56,527 nt of DNA from a virus (lineage: Duplodnaviria; Caudoviricetes). Below are positions 1-10,020 of this stretch, one piece after another. Position numbers and translations under genes: made by a program. Where the stretch lies: positions 1 through 56,527 of IMG/VR virus record IMGVR_UViG_3300003888_000070; one strand, given 5' to 3'. How positions within the stretch are numbered: the first letter of the stretch is position 1; every line of letters begins with the position of its first letter. Under the pieces are notes generated by a model. The model was given only the letters and a program-made list of their open reading frames with translations, ran no database searches and had not been told where the DNA came from.

Positions 1-504
1 CTACTGCGCGCCGGTTTCCCCGGCCCCGGCCACGTAGGGCTCAAAGCGCAGGGGATCGTACACGTCGGTCCGGAAATGGCCGTCCCGGAACCGGCCGATG
101 CGCAGCGTTTCATGGGCCGCATCATCCGCCGCCGGCACTGCATGGGGATCAAGGACCACGCCAAAGGGTCCGTTGCCCGCCTCTTCGGTCCCGAGACGCT
201 TGGGAACAACCAGTTGCCCGGGCTGGAAGGCGTTGGGCCTTGCGTAGTCCGCATAGGCCGCCAGCAGCCGCGCGGTTTCCTCTTCGGGCGAAAGCGCCGG
301 CTTCGGGGTTTCCCGCCGGTCGGCCATGGCCTGTATGAGGCTCATGGGGATCGCCGCCAGCCCGAGGGACATGGGCCCCTGCCCTTCCCCGGCCTCGCCG
401 GGCCTGCCGTCTTCCGCCTCCATCTGCCGGGCCTCATCCCGGCCGTCCGTTTCCTGGTCCGCCCCGCCGGCCATCCCGTCCACGTTGGTTTGCAGATCGT
501 CCAT
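1..504 (-). CDS. Hypothetical phage early protein (167 aa)
   Basis: ATG at 504 with CAGGAG RBS, inside ORF 1..621; part of the leftward early gene string. Confidence 0.65.
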   Translation of the reverse strand: MDDLQTNVDGMAGGADQETDGRDEARQMEAEDGRPGEAGEGQGPMSLGLAAIPMSLIQAMADRRETPKPALSPEEETARLLAAYADYARPNAFQPGQLVVPKRLGTEEAGNGPFGVVLDPHAVPAADDAAHETLRIGRFRDGHFRTDVYDPLRFEPYVAGAGETGAQ

Positions 505-560
505 TGCTGTCTCCTGTTGGTCAGTATGTGCAGCCACAATCGGCCTGACATCCTTCCCCA

Positions 561-845
561 TCATCGCCGGGCCGATGGTCCGGCCCGCACGCAGCCGCCG
601 GCCATGCCAGCGCCGGCACAAGCGTCCAGCCCATCGCCCGCCTCCTTGATCTTGCAGCGCAGCAGCTCCCGGCAGTCGCCGGTTGCGGTTTCAAGCCGCT
701 CCACCAGTTCGGCCAGCGGCTGCGGCTCCAGCACAAATCCGGGGCGCAGGCTGCGGCCAAAGCGGCGGTAATCCGCCAGCAGCCGGAACATCAGGTCGTA
801 GACAATGGCCGCCGCCGCTTCCTCGCGTTCAATCATCGTCAGCAT
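561..845 (-). CDS. Hypothetical phage protein
   Basis: MLTMIEREE start after GGAGG; overlaps the upstream small ORF. Confidence 0.55.
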   Translation of the reverse strand: MLTMIEREEAAAAIVYDLMFRLLADYRRFGRSLRPGFVLEPQPLAELVERLETATGDCRELLRCKIKEAGDGLDACAGAGMAGGCVRAGPSARR

Positions 846-942
846 CGTGCCGCCTCCTGGCCCGTATGAGCCATTCGATTGCAAAACAGGCTGCCCCGGC
901 CAGGAACCACGCGGCTATGCCCGCCACCGCCCAGACATTCAT
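829..942 (-). CDS. Small membrane peptide (37 aa)
   Basis: One hydrophobic segment followed by RARRR; ATGA coupling to the upstream ORF. Confidence 0.45.
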   Translation of the reverse strand: MNVWAVAGIAAWFLAGAACFAIEWLIRARRRHDADDD

Positions 943-1160
943 TCCCTGTCCCCTTCCGGCAGACTCCGTTCGATGCCATAGAGCCGCCTGGGTTCCGGTT
1001 CCTCCGGCAGGATCAGCCGGTCCTGTACGTGCCGCACCGCGCCAAGCGCCCCCTTCATGGCCCGATGGTTGATGCCCGAGAGGTCCGGGTGCTTCAGGCA
1101 CAACTCCATCTTGGCTATGGCCACGGCCAACCGGCCGATCAGTTCAGGGTCCGCCGGCAT
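939..1160 (-). CDS. Hypothetical phage protein (73 aa)
   Basis: MPADPELIG start with GGAG upstream; tightly packed with neighbours. Confidence 0.55.
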   Translation of the reverse strand: MPADPELIGRLAVAIAKMELCLKHPDLSGINHRAMKGALGAVRHVQDRLILPEEPEPRRLYGIERSLPEGDRE

Positions 1161-1164
1161 AGGG

Positions 1165-1344
1165 TCACTCCGTAAACATGGCTGCCCGGTCCAGCAGCGT
1201 CCGGGCCGCCGGTTCCCGCTCCAGGGGGACCAGGCCATGGTCGAGCATGTCGCGCACGAGTCCCGCCAGCTCCCGGACCAGGGTCCGGCACCGCAGCGTT
1301 TGGGCTTCGGCCGCAGCCAGGTCTTTTTCTCTGATATCATTCAT
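1165..1344 (-). CDS. Hypothetical phage protein (59 aa, below the ORF-track cutoff)
   Basis: Read by hand: MNDIREKDLAAAEAQ...AMFTE-stop; fills the gap in the operon. Confidence 0.45.
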   Translation of the reverse strand: MNDIREKDLAAAEAQTLRCRTLVRELAGLVRDMLDHGLVPLEREPAARTLLDRAAMFTE

Positions 1345-1420
1345 GCGATATTTATTTTTACTTCACCCTTCGCTATTGAGTTGTTGTGTCCCCAACCCAA
1401 ACCGTAGGAGAAGCGACACC

Positions 1421-1609
1421 ATGGATGACCAAATCAAAAAGGCCATGGAAACGAAGTGGACGCAGGCGAGCGGGTATAACGGCATCACAAAAGCCTTCGA
1501 GTTGACCCTGGCGTATGCCGGCACTCCCGGGGCTGTCGCCGAAGCCATTCCGCGACTCTTCATGGATCTTGCCGATATGTTCGTGCTCATGAAGGACCCC
1601 CGCAAATAG
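1421..1609 (+). CDS. Small counter-oriented protein (62 aa, moron-like)
   Basis: AGGAG RBS before ATG 1421; AT-rich upstream segment. Confidence 0.5.
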   Translation: MDDQIKKAMETKWTQASGYNGITKAFELTLAYAGTPGAVAEAIPRLFMDLADMFVLMKDPRK

Positions 1610-1610
1610 G

Positions 1611-1787
1611 CTACTTGTCGATGCGATCCCAGACGGCCCTGACAACCTGCTCCTCCGGGGTCCCGAGGCCCCGGAGGACATTCACAATATCCACCAGCTC
1701 CATGCCCAGGGGGGATTGAACCTGAAGCAGAAAAGGCTTCCCTTTCTGTCCGGACTTGGTGCTTTCGATCTTTGGCTTGTCAGACAT
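1611..1787 (-). CDS. Hypothetical phage protein (58 aa, below the ORF-track cutoff)
   Basis: Read by hand: MSDKPKIES...WDRIDK-stop with AAGGAGG RBS. Confidence 0.5.
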   Translation of the reverse strand: MSDKPKIESTKSGQKGKPFLLQVQSPLGMELVDIVNVLRGLGTPEEQVVRAVWDRIDK

Positions 1788-1812
1788 GACGCCCTCCTTC
1801 GGTTTCAGGTTT

Positions 1813-2661
1813 TCAGTGCGATTCGCTGAACCGCCCCTCTTTGCCCTGCCCTTTCAGCAACGCCTCGCCCTCGGCCAAGAGCCGCTCGGCCAGCTCCCGC
1901 AGCTCCAGCCGCAGACACACGCCTTCCCGCAGCAGATAGCCCATGGCCCCCATGATCCGCCGCGTCTCATCCAGCTCGACCCGGTACAGCCGTCGCATTT
2001 CCAGGGACGTTTCCAGCTCCTTTCGCAGTTGCCCAAGAGCGCGCGCATACGCCTCCCGGTCCCTGGTCCATTCCCAGGAGCCAGCCAGCCACGTCCAAAG
2101 CCTGCGCCACCACGGCATCCCGGAGGGTTGTGCCGCTGCCGTGGCTGCATCCGCCTCGCCAGCTGGGGAGCGGTCAAATCGCACTTGCTTGGGCGCGTGG
2201 GGAAAGGAGCCGCGAGCCTCACGCGCTGCTGCAGCCAGCGTGGCCACGGCCAGAAGCGCTGCCTCGGAAACCTGCCGGCCCTGGGAGGGCGAAAGTGTGC
2301 CGCCCATGTCGCGCAACAGCTCCAGGGCGTTGCCGGCCTGGACCAGACCGCGTAGAAGCAGCCCCGTTGTCGCGCCGGCCGTCCCACTCCACTGCTGCGG
2401 CGGATCGTCGCGCAGGCACCGCTCGTACTGGGCCACCAGCCATTCGATGAGCAGCGGCGTGCCCAGGGCGTGGCAAAACCTGGGCACCAGCGGCAGCGGA
2501 ATGAACTTGTCCGCCGACGCCTCGCCAAACCAGCAGCCCACGGTCTGGCGGTTGCGGTCCATGGCCGTGGCAATGGCGTCCAGGTCCAGGCCGGACATGC
2601 GGCGCATGACCTGGATCACCTGCAAACACGTCGCGTCTTCAAGGGCTTGGCCGGGGTTCAT
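1813..2661 (-). CDS. Phage regulatory protein, CII-like
   Basis: N-terminal HTH-like segment and LPLVPRFCHALGTPLLIEWL; lies directly downstream of the cro-like gene. Confidence 0.6.
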   Translation of the reverse strand: MNPGQALEDATCLQVIQVMRRMSGLDLDAIATAMDRNRQTVGCWFGEASADKFIPLPLVPRFCHALGTPLLIEWLVAQYERCLRDDPPQQWSGTAGATTGLLLRGLVQAGNALELLRDMGGTLSPSQGRQVSEAALLAVATLAAAAREARGSFPHAPKQVRFDRSPAGEADAATAAAQPSGMPWWRRLWTWLAGSWEWTRDREAYARALGQLRKELETSLEMRRLYRVELDETRRIMGAMGYLLREGVCLRLELRELAERLLAEGEALLKGQGKEGRFSESH

Positions 2662-2798
2662 GAAAGATTCCTCCGGAAGTATTCGCGGTTTCCGCTTGCC
2701 AAGGCGGCTACGTTCGGCCCATGGGCCACGGTTCCGTGCCTATGCTGCCAACGCCCATTGGCCGGCCAGCCCGTGCGGCCGTCCTATGTCAGGGCGGT

Positions 2799-3071
2799 TT
2801 AGCTCTGGCGGAGGCGCGCCCGCCGCTTGGGACCGGGTTTCCCCGGTGCACGCGGTTCAGGCAGCAGCTCGGCCGGCACACCAAGCGCAATCAGCTTTTG
2901 GATATGGTCAGGCGTGGCCCGCCGGCCGGCGATGATGTTAGAAAGCGTGGTCTTGGACATGCCGGCGTCTGCGGCCAGATCCTTGAAGACAATGCGTCTT
3001 TCGACGAGCCAGGCGCGGCACCGATCTTGACGGGTGGGGGTAATTGTGTGAACAGGTTCACAGTATTTCAT
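2799..3071 (-). CDS. Cro-like XRE HTH regulator
   Basis: FKDLAADAGMSKTTLSNIIAG HTH; divergent from the repressor. Confidence 0.75.
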   Translation of the reverse strand: MKYCEPVHTITPTRQDRCRAWLVERRIVFKDLAADAGMSKTTLSNIIAGRRATPDHIQKLIALGVPAELLPEPRAPGKPGPKRRARLRQS

Positions 3072-3191
3072 AGCGTAACCTCTTTTTGGGCCGCTGACAG
3101 GACGGGCAAGGTCCATGTTGGCGAAAACGTGTCCCGTTGTTTTGGGATTAGTGAAAACTCCGTACTTCTGTCAACAGGTTTGATGTAAAAA
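3072..3191. promoter_or_regulatory. Divergent cro/cI control region
   Basis: Intergenic between divergent HTH genes; minus-strand TTGACA at 3174-3169, with only a weak -10 (ACTAAT). Confidence 0.55.
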
Positions 3192-3689
3192 ATGAATTCT
3201 TGCGACCACCCCTCCTTCGCCGAAAGGTTGCGCCAATTGATCCAGGAACTCCGGGTCAAAGATATTGAGTTCGCTCAACAGGGTGGAATCACGAAACAAA
3301 CGTTGAGTACATATCTCAAGGGACGGAGCGAACCCTCCCGTGCAACCATGGCAAATTGGGTCAAAACTTTTAATGTGGATGGCACGTGGTTGTTGACAGG
3401 TGAAGGGAATATGTTTCGCGGAAAGACGTCTGGTGACCCGCTGCCTATCCCTGCTGAAGAAATTTCGCCGAACCTATCCCCTGGCCAACGAGAGATGCTG
3501 ACCTACAAGCGGCTTCAAACCGAGCTGGGGACGTCGAAGGAGCGGATCGCCGACGGCATTGACGCCATCGTCATGGGCAAACGCCACGGCGCACGTAAAC
3601 ACTCAAAGGAGTCCGCATTCGGCGAGGACGTTGGCTTCAGTGAGAGGGATGGGGATGGAGTTGGGGATGAGGCGGGGGTTGGGGGATAG
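3192..3689 (+). CDS. CI-like XRE phage repressor (no S24 peptidase domain)
   Basis: FAERLRQL...ITKQTLSTYLKGRSEP...WLLTGEGNMF, a typical phage repressor N-domain. Confidence 0.8.
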   Translation: MNSCDHPSFAERLRQLIQELRVKDIEFAQQGGITKQTLSTYLKGRSEPSRATMANWVKTFNVDGTWLLTGEGNMFRGKTSGDPLPIPAEEISPNLSPGQREMLTYKRLQTELGTSKERIADGIDAIVMGKRHGARKHSKESAFGEDVGFSERDGDGVGDEAGVGG

Positions 3690-3928
3690 CAGACAATTTC
3701 CGAGGCAACCCCCAACGAGGGCCCCGCTTGCTCCAAACTCGAAGGCAAGACCATGACATTGAAAGGCGACGAATTGGGAGGCTTCCTCGGAGTGATGGTC
3801 ATGAAGCTGAAAAAACAGCGGCCGTAGGGTTTGACTGGTCCTGTGATTCAGGGATGAACGCTGGCGTGGCCGCAAGCTAGTGGCGGCGGAACCACCCTAC
3901 CCGCACGAGTTCCAAGCTGGCCAGGGGC

Positions 3929-3991
3929 AAACAGCGTATCGTCGAAGGCATTGAGGCCATCGTCATGGGTAAACGCCCAGGAGCACGTAAG
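3929..3991 (+). pseudogene. Degenerate second copy of part of the repressor C-terminal region
   Basis: 52/63 nt identical to 3537-3599; KQRIVEGIEAIVMGKRPGARK vs KERIADGIDAIVMGKRHGARK. Confidence 0.7.
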
Positions 3992-4088
3992 CCCTTGAAG
4001 GTTTCAAATTATTTACGACCTGTAAGCCATATTTTTATCACAACCTTTTAACGACAATCAAAATTGACCAGCATAATAGAGGGTATAT

Positions 4089-4535
4089 ATGTTTAATCCA
4101 CAAGCAATTTTCTTGGGACTTGTGTGCTCACTTGATGCGCCTGAATTTAAAAATTGTTCTCAGATTTCATTAGTCAAGGACAGCATAAATGCCCCCGGAC
4201 GTATTGATAGAGCAGGGCCATTTGTTTGTGTTGGAATCCTGAAAAGCGATAGCCAATGGGCAGAAATAACTACGCAATGTGATAACTATAAGTTGCCAAT
4301 TAAGACTGAGTGGAGGTCAGGATGTGGTGTAGGCTGTGACATATCCAAGATGAAAGCATGGATGACTAGACCACAGTGCATTCATGGTGCGGTATTTCAA
4401 GGACCTACTCAAGAATTTGCAAAACTTTCCCAAACTGAAGACCCCCACAATCTCAACATACACCGGATGATTACTTCAATAGGGATGGATGCCGTTCGTG
4501 TATTTTTAACAAATCGTGGAAACGCACTTTATTAG
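4089..4535 (+). CDS. Hypothetical Cys-rich protein (148 aa)
   Basis: Only long ORF in this AT-rich segment; GAGGG RBS. Confidence 0.6.
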   Translation: MFNPQAIFLGLVCSLDAPEFKNCSQISLVKDSINAPGRIDRAGPFVCVGILKSDSQWAEITTQCDNYKLPIKTEWRSGCGVGCDISKMKAWMTRPQCIHGAVFQGPTQEFAKLSQTEDPHNLNIHRMITSIGMDAVRVFLTNRGNALY

Positions 4536-4798
4536 CATAAACATCAAATTCTGTGCAAAGTGCATGGATGTCAATTCCGAATCTTCACTGCTAAGAATGC
4601 ATGATGCGATTATAAGTCTGAAAAAATATCTGAACATAATTCTTATTGCGGAGCACATAAACCAGTACGAAATCTGCGTGACAGCTAGATAAAACCAGGA
4701 GGATAGGGTGAAGGATCCGGAAAAGACAAACTACAGTATTTGAAAATGCATGACAAGTTGAAATTCACAATATCCTTACCAAGCAGTATACTTAAATT

Positions 4799-6430
4799 AT
4801 GAATAGCGCACCAGGGATATCAATAGAAGCAGTCCTTTCTTCAGCACCGGAACAAGCGCTTCGGGGCTACATTGGTTCATCCACGATCAATATACTAAGG
4901 GCACTCAATCCCAAAGAACTATCCCGCAAAGACCTCATTAATCTTGCGGTGCATGCTGCAGATCCTTGGCAAGTTTTAAAAAACCAAAAATTTCGTGAAC
5001 AAATAATACAGTTACTGCCGACATTGAAAGCGCAGGAATTAGCTAACAATATAGGGCTGCAAGCACAAGGCACGGCACTTTATGCACAACTAGTTAAAGC
5101 TTTTAATAGAAGAGACTTTGATACTCAGCTTTTTTTATTTTTTGGAGTAACAATCCCAGAACGATCTCCCTATTACCATGAAAAGTCAGAGAAAAAAATT
5201 CTTCCTCAATACAGTTTATTTCCTTACCAACAGCTTGTCGCAAAACGGGCACTCTTTGCCCTAGAGGAGCACCCCTACACTACAGTTGTTCACATGCCTA
5301 CTGGTTCTGGAAAAACTAGAACGGCAATGCACATAATTTCAAATATATTAAACAAAAACCCTAATAAATTAGTAATTTGGTTAGCTCAAACATCTGAACT
5401 ATTAGAACAAGCTGCCAGCGAGTTTGAGAGAGCGTGGTCTTCACTAGGCTCTTTCCCCACTACAGTCTACAGATACTGGGGTTCTTATAACCCAAATATT
5501 ATGGATGCACGATCAGGCTTTTTGGTCGCTGGCCTTGGCAAATTAAATGCGCTTTACAAAAGGAACACTCATAATTTTTTATGCCTTGGAGACCGTGCAA
5601 TCTTAACCGTTATTGACGAAGCACATCAGGCCATAGCTCCAACCTATAAATTGTTAATTGATTTGTTAAAATCAAAGAAGCCAACAAATGCTCTGTTAGG
5701 ATTAACCGCCACACCAGGACGAACCTGGGCTGACATTAACGTAGATGCGACACTTTCTGCTTTTTTTGGCCATCACAAAGTAATGCTTGAAATCGAGGGT
5801 TATTCTAACCCGATCACCTATTTAATTGAAAATGGTTACTTAGCAAACCCAACATTTAAAACCCTCAACATAGAATCTGGAATCGAACTAACGACAAAGG
5901 ATTTGCAAGAGCTAGCAGATATATATGAAATACCACCAGCAATTCTCGACCAAATTGCATGCTCAGACAAGCGCAACATTCGAATAATAACAACAATAGA
6001 AAACCTTAAAGACAAACACAAAAGAATAATTGTATTTGCAGCCACTGTAAATCATGCCTACTTAATATCGTCTATTCTTAACATACGAGGAACTAAATCA
6101 TTCGTTGTGACAGGGGATACCGACCAGACAACACGTGAAATTATACTTCGAAAATTTAAAAGTGAAACTTCTGAACCTCTTATACTATGCAATTATGGAG
6201 TTTTAACAACTGGGTTTGACGCACCTAAAACAAATGCGGCTGTGATTGCACGACCAACAAAATCATTAGTTTTATATAGCCAGATGGTTGGCAGAGCCCT
6301 TCGTGGTGAAAAAGCTGGTGGCAACAAAAATGCAGAGATTATCACTGTCGTAGACCCTGAACTGCCAGGATTCGGAGATATCGCTGCAGCATTTACAAAT
6401 TGGGAGGATGTCTGGACCAATGAAGACTGA
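4799..6430 (+). CDS. SF2 DEAH-box (ResIII-like) helicase/ATPase
   Basis: MPTGSGKT Walker A, DEAH, LTATP motif III, QMVGRALR motif VI. Confidence 0.92.
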   Translation: MNSAPGISIEAVLSSAPEQALRGYIGSSTINILRALNPKELSRKDLINLAVHAADPWQVLKNQKFREQIIQLLPTLKAQELANNIGLQAQGTALYAQLVKAFNRRDFDTQLFLFFGVTIPERSPYYHEKSEKKILPQYSLFPYQQLVAKRALFALEEHPYTTVVHMPTGSGKTRTAMHIISNILNKNPNKLVIWLAQTSELLEQAASEFERAWSSLGSFPTTVYRYWGSYNPNIMDARSGFLVAGLGKLNALYKRNTHNFLCLGDRAILTVIDEAHQAIAPTYKLLIDLLKSKKPTNALLGLTATPGRTWADINVDATLSAFFGHHKVMLEIEGYSNPITYLIENGYLANPTFKTLNIESGIELTTKDLQELADIYEIPPAILDQIACSDKRNIRIITTIENLKDKHKRIIVFAATVNHAYLISSILNIRGTKSFVVTGDTDQTTREIILRKFKSETSEPLILCNYGVLTTGFDAPKTNAAVIARPTKSLVLYSQMVGRALRGEKAGGNKNAEIITVVDPELPGFGDIAAAFTNWEDVWTNED

Positions 6431-8222
6431 AAACGATATTATACCTACTGAGTTGGCCATACGCGCTATGCGCGACAGTGGATACAAAAATACAGCTTAC
6501 GCATTATCTGAACTAATAGACAACTCTGTACAGGCAAGTGCAAATCTTGTTGAAGTATTTTGTATCGAAGATACAATACAATTTGAGCAAAGGTCTGGAA
6601 GACGAATTACAAGTATAGCTGTCCTCGACAATGGAAGTGGAATGCCCCATGATATTTTACGACTCGCTCTGCAATTTGGAAATGGCACATACCTAAACAA
6701 TCGATCAGGCATTGGCAGATTTGGAATGGGACTACCAAATGCATCAATTTCACAGGGAAAATGTGTCGAGGTCTGGAGTTGGCAAAGCGGCCCAGAGAAC
6801 GCTTTGTATTCTTATCTTGACATAGATGAAATTGAGTCAGGTTCAATGCGACATGTGCCTGAACCGATTGCAAAGCCTGTACCAACAACGTGGAGGGAGA
6901 TTGGCAAAGGATTTTGCACTCATGGAACATTAATAGTATGGAGCAAACTTGATTTTGAACGACTTACATGGAAAAGATCTAAAGCTACTCTAGAGCACAC
7001 TGAAACACTTGTCGGACGTATTTATCGCAAATTTATAAATAATGGCGATTTGACAATTCGTTTGACAGCACTCACTAAGGATACCGAAATATTTTGTCAT
7101 GACGTCAAGGCAAATGACCCTCTATATTTAATGAATTCAACTTCAACACCTGTTCCTTTCGATAGCATACCAATGTTTTATAAATATGGAGAAGAGGACC
7201 AAATTTATAATATTTGTCTAGGGGAGTCTACACACAGCGTTACGATTAGAGCCTCTGTTGCCAAGATTGAGACTTTGCCTGAAGATGGGATAGACAGAGG
7301 ATCCAAACCTTATGGAAAACATGCCGCTAAAAACATTGGAATATCTATTGTCCGCGCGGATCGTGAACTTGAGCTAGATTCTTCATGGTCAAGCGGCTAT
7401 GATCCAATCGATAGGTGGTGGGGCATAGAAGTCGATTTTCCACCAGAACTAGATGAAATATTTGGTGTCACAAACAACAAACAAACTGCGACACTACTCT
7501 CCAGTATGGTTAATTTTGATTGGACAATAGAAGCTGAACCTGGTGAAAGCTATCCTGACTTCAAAAAACGAATTGCTGAGGAAGGAGATCCACGAGCAAT
7601 TTTAATTCATATTGTTGATTATATTCGCGACACTAAATCGAGTCTTGTCAAAATACTTAGAAGCCAGACCGCAGGGAGACGGTCAGGTGGAAAACGACAT
7701 GAAGACACTTCGGTAGAAGACCGTGCCACAACAAAATTTAATGACCGTGCTAATGTAGGAAAATCTATTGATTCTGACAGTGAGATTTTCGATGACAAAG
7801 CGAAGCAAGAGCTTGTGAAAGATCTTGTTTCGAACAAAAGCTATCCAGAATCTGATGCTAAGGAAATCGCAGAAGCTGTACAACGACGACATAGGAAAGT
7901 CATTTTTGTTGAAGTGGACAATGACATGGACGCATTCTTCGGAGTAGAACAAAAACCAGGAGGTATAACAGAAATAGTTTTCAACAGAAACCATCCAGCG
8001 TTTAACTATTTAATCAAAACGCTTGACCACAAAACAGAGAATGCTACGGATCTTGAACTTATTGCACGAATTGAAAATGCCTCAGCGACCTTAAAAATGA
8101 TTTTTGCTGCTTGGGCTCGACAGGAGATGGAAGACGTACCAAATCGTGAAAAATTACGACGTATGCGCCAAGATTGGGGCAGAATGGCTTACGACTTTCT
8201 TAACGACGAAGTTTTAGGTTAA
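6420..8222 (+). CDS. MORC/HSP90-like GHKL ATPase
   Basis: ELIDNS, DNGSGM and GRFGMG GHKL motifs; MKTEND start at 6420 follows GGAGG and overlaps the helicase stop. Confidence 0.88.
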   Translation: MKTENDIIPTELAIRAMRDSGYKNTAYALSELIDNSVQASANLVEVFCIEDTIQFEQRSGRRITSIAVLDNGSGMPHDILRLALQFGNGTYLNNRSGIGRFGMGLPNASISQGKCVEVWSWQSGPENALYSYLDIDEIESGSMRHVPEPIAKPVPTTWREIGKGFCTHGTLIVWSKLDFERLTWKRSKATLEHTETLVGRIYRKFINNGDLTIRLTALTKDTEIFCHDVKANDPLYLMNSTSTPVPFDSIPMFYKYGEEDQIYNICLGESTHSVTIRASVAKIETLPEDGIDRGSKPYGKHAAKNIGISIVRADRELELDSSWSSGYDPIDRWWGIEVDFPPELDEIFGVTNNKQTATLLSSMVNFDWTIEAEPGESYPDFKKRIAEEGDPRAILIHIVDYIRDTKSSLVKILRSQTAGRRSGGKRHEDTSVEDRATTKFNDRANVGKSIDSDSEIFDDKAKQELVKDLVSNKSYPESDAKEIAEAVQRRHRKVIFVEVDNDMDAFFGVEQKPGGITEIVFNRNHPAFNYLIKTLDHKTENATDLELIARIENASATLKMIFAAWARQEMEDVPNREKLRRMRQDWGRMAYDFLNDEVLG

Positions 8223-8223
8223 T

Positions 8224-9153
8224 ATGATGTCGCTCGGTGACGAACTTATTATTGCGGCTAAGGCAGCTTCCAAAGAAGTGACGTTAATAGCACCGTTTAT
8301 TAAAGAGGACGCCCTAGCCAAAATACTAGCAAGCATTCCGACTGGTACTTCCATTAAAGTAGTTGCGAGATGGATTCCAGCAGAAATTGCTGTTGGCGTT
8401 TGCGACATCGAAATTTTTGACCTTATAAGTTCACGACCAGGAGCAAATCTTTATTTGCATCCATTGCTACATGCAAAGATGTATCGCTTTGACAATGTGG
8501 TCTACTTCGGTTCAGCAAATCTTACACGAAAAGCACTAGGATGGACTGGCCTAGTCAACATAGAGCTACTGCACTCTCCAGTTGAAACGGCATCAAAATT
8601 AAGAGCGTTTGAAGATAGACTCCTCAGCGTTGCACATCTTGCAGACAGATCTTATCGTTCGTATATTCAAGCACAGGTTGATCAATTTAAAGAGCATCAA
8701 TGCTCTGGTATTGATTATTTTGAAACGGAAATACGAGAAATCCCTTTACAGTGGCTGCCTACTTGCATCCAGCCCCATTTATTATGGTCGGTATACAAAG
8801 GGGATGTTGTTATGCAGAAAAGGATGGTTGAATCATCTTTCCAAGCTGCAAAATCTGACTTAGCCATGCTTGGAATTAAACCTGGTCTTTCTTTTCAACA
8901 ATTTCGATCTTATGTATCTATTGTCTTGGGAGAGATATCTATTATTAAAAATATTGATGCAAGTTCACGCGACGGCTTAACAGATGATGACGCCATTAAA
9001 ATAATTAACGACACCATCAACGACTCGGACTCCCCATACTCAGCAACTGACTTATGGGAAGTTTTTCAAGAGTGGCTTATATTTTTTTTCCCAAATAGAT
9101 ATAAACGTCAAGCATCTTCAGAAATTTTTACAATAGACAGGACTATCGCGTAA
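8224..9153 (+). CDS. Phospholipase D-family (HKD) nuclease-like protein
   Basis: HAKMYRFD (HxKxxxxD) followed by GSANLT; APFI N-terminal motif. Confidence 0.85.
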   Translation: MMSLGDELIIAAKAASKEVTLIAPFIKEDALAKILASIPTGTSIKVVARWIPAEIAVGVCDIEIFDLISSRPGANLYLHPLLHAKMYRFDNVVYFGSANLTRKALGWTGLVNIELLHSPVETASKLRAFEDRLLSVAHLADRSYRSYIQAQVDQFKEHQCSGIDYFETEIREIPLQWLPTCIQPHLLWSVYKGDVVMQKRMVESSFQAAKSDLAMLGIKPGLSFQQFRSYVSIVLGEISIIKNIDASSRDGLTDDDAIKIINDTINDSDSPYSATDLWEVFQEWLIFFFPNRYKRQASSEIFTIDRTIA

Positions 9154-9186
9154 GAACTTTTTAAAATTTTACATTTGACGCATTGT

Positions 9187-10020
9187 CTATTTATGACAGA
9201 GGACACACCCCTTAGTCGTTCCATAAATATCGTCGTTATCAACAATGTCCAAACATTGCCTTAAAGGATTCTGCCTATGTGCTGCTTTTATTTTTTTCAA
9301 TCTCTGTGCGTAGTCTTTTTGAATACTTTCTATTCTTTTAGGACAAGATAATTGTTCTAAGGATTCGCCCTGACTCCATGTAAACGGGGAACCATGCTCT
9401 ATAGCTGTTTTTTCATATTTCATAGCTTCTTCAAATTTATCAGGGTGCTCATCAATAAGCCTTACCCATTCTATTTTTTGTTGAAAAAAACAAAAAGTAC
9501 ATCCTGACCTCGAGCGCCACCTATAGTATTTTGGCAACCCAAGTCCAGATGCATCTAGAATTTCCAATATACCGTTTTTATCGACCCCGTTTTCTCTAAA
9601 AGGAAGTCTTACTTTCAGACTAGGATGAGTCGAGCTGTAACCTTCTCGGTAGTTTTCATCAGCACGTATCGCTACAAAACTTTCAACTTTTTGATTTTCA
9701 TTCAATGAAGGCTTTATCCATTGCTCAAACGGACGTAATTTTAATTGCCGTGTACACCAACGCGATTGGGCTGAAGGTAAAAAATTCTTGTATTGCTTAA
9801 GCCAAAAATCAAAGTCACGATCCGGGTTTAAATATTCTATTGGTTTTCCCAGAAAACCCTCAAGCTGAATGAGATATTTATAGACTTCCGGAAGCTCCTT
9901 CCCAGTATCAGTAAAGAAATAGTCAATGTCCAAATCGGGATGATTTTGTCGCATATACACAGCCAACGCTGCGCTATCCCGTCCTCCAGAAAGACCTAAG
10001 ACATACCGAGTAGCTGTCAT
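9187..10020 (-). CDS. sspD: PAPS reductase-family ATP pyrophosphatase, SspD
   Basis: LSGGRDS PP-loop, RWCT, RSGCTFC and terminal CVLC; last gene of the DUF4007-ATPase operon. Confidence 0.85.
   Translation of the reverse strand: MTATRYVLGLSGGRDSAALAVYMRQNHPDLDIDYFFTDTGKELPEVYKYLIQLEGFLGKPIEYLNPDRDFDFWLKQYKNFLPSAQSRWCTRQLKLRPFEQWIKPSLNENQKVESFVAIRADENYREGYSSTHPSLKVRLPFRENGVDKNGILEILDASGLGLPKYYRWRSRSGCTFCFFQQKIEWVRLIDEHPDKFEEAMKYEKTAIEHGSPFTWSQGESLEQLSCPKRIESIQKDYAQRLKKIKAAHRQNPLRQCLDIVDNDDIYGTTKGCVLCHK

Noticed and set aside
3640-3690. G-run tract at the end of the repressor gene (possible G-quadruplex)
   Set aside because: Lies in a low-complexity coding tail; nothing else supports a function
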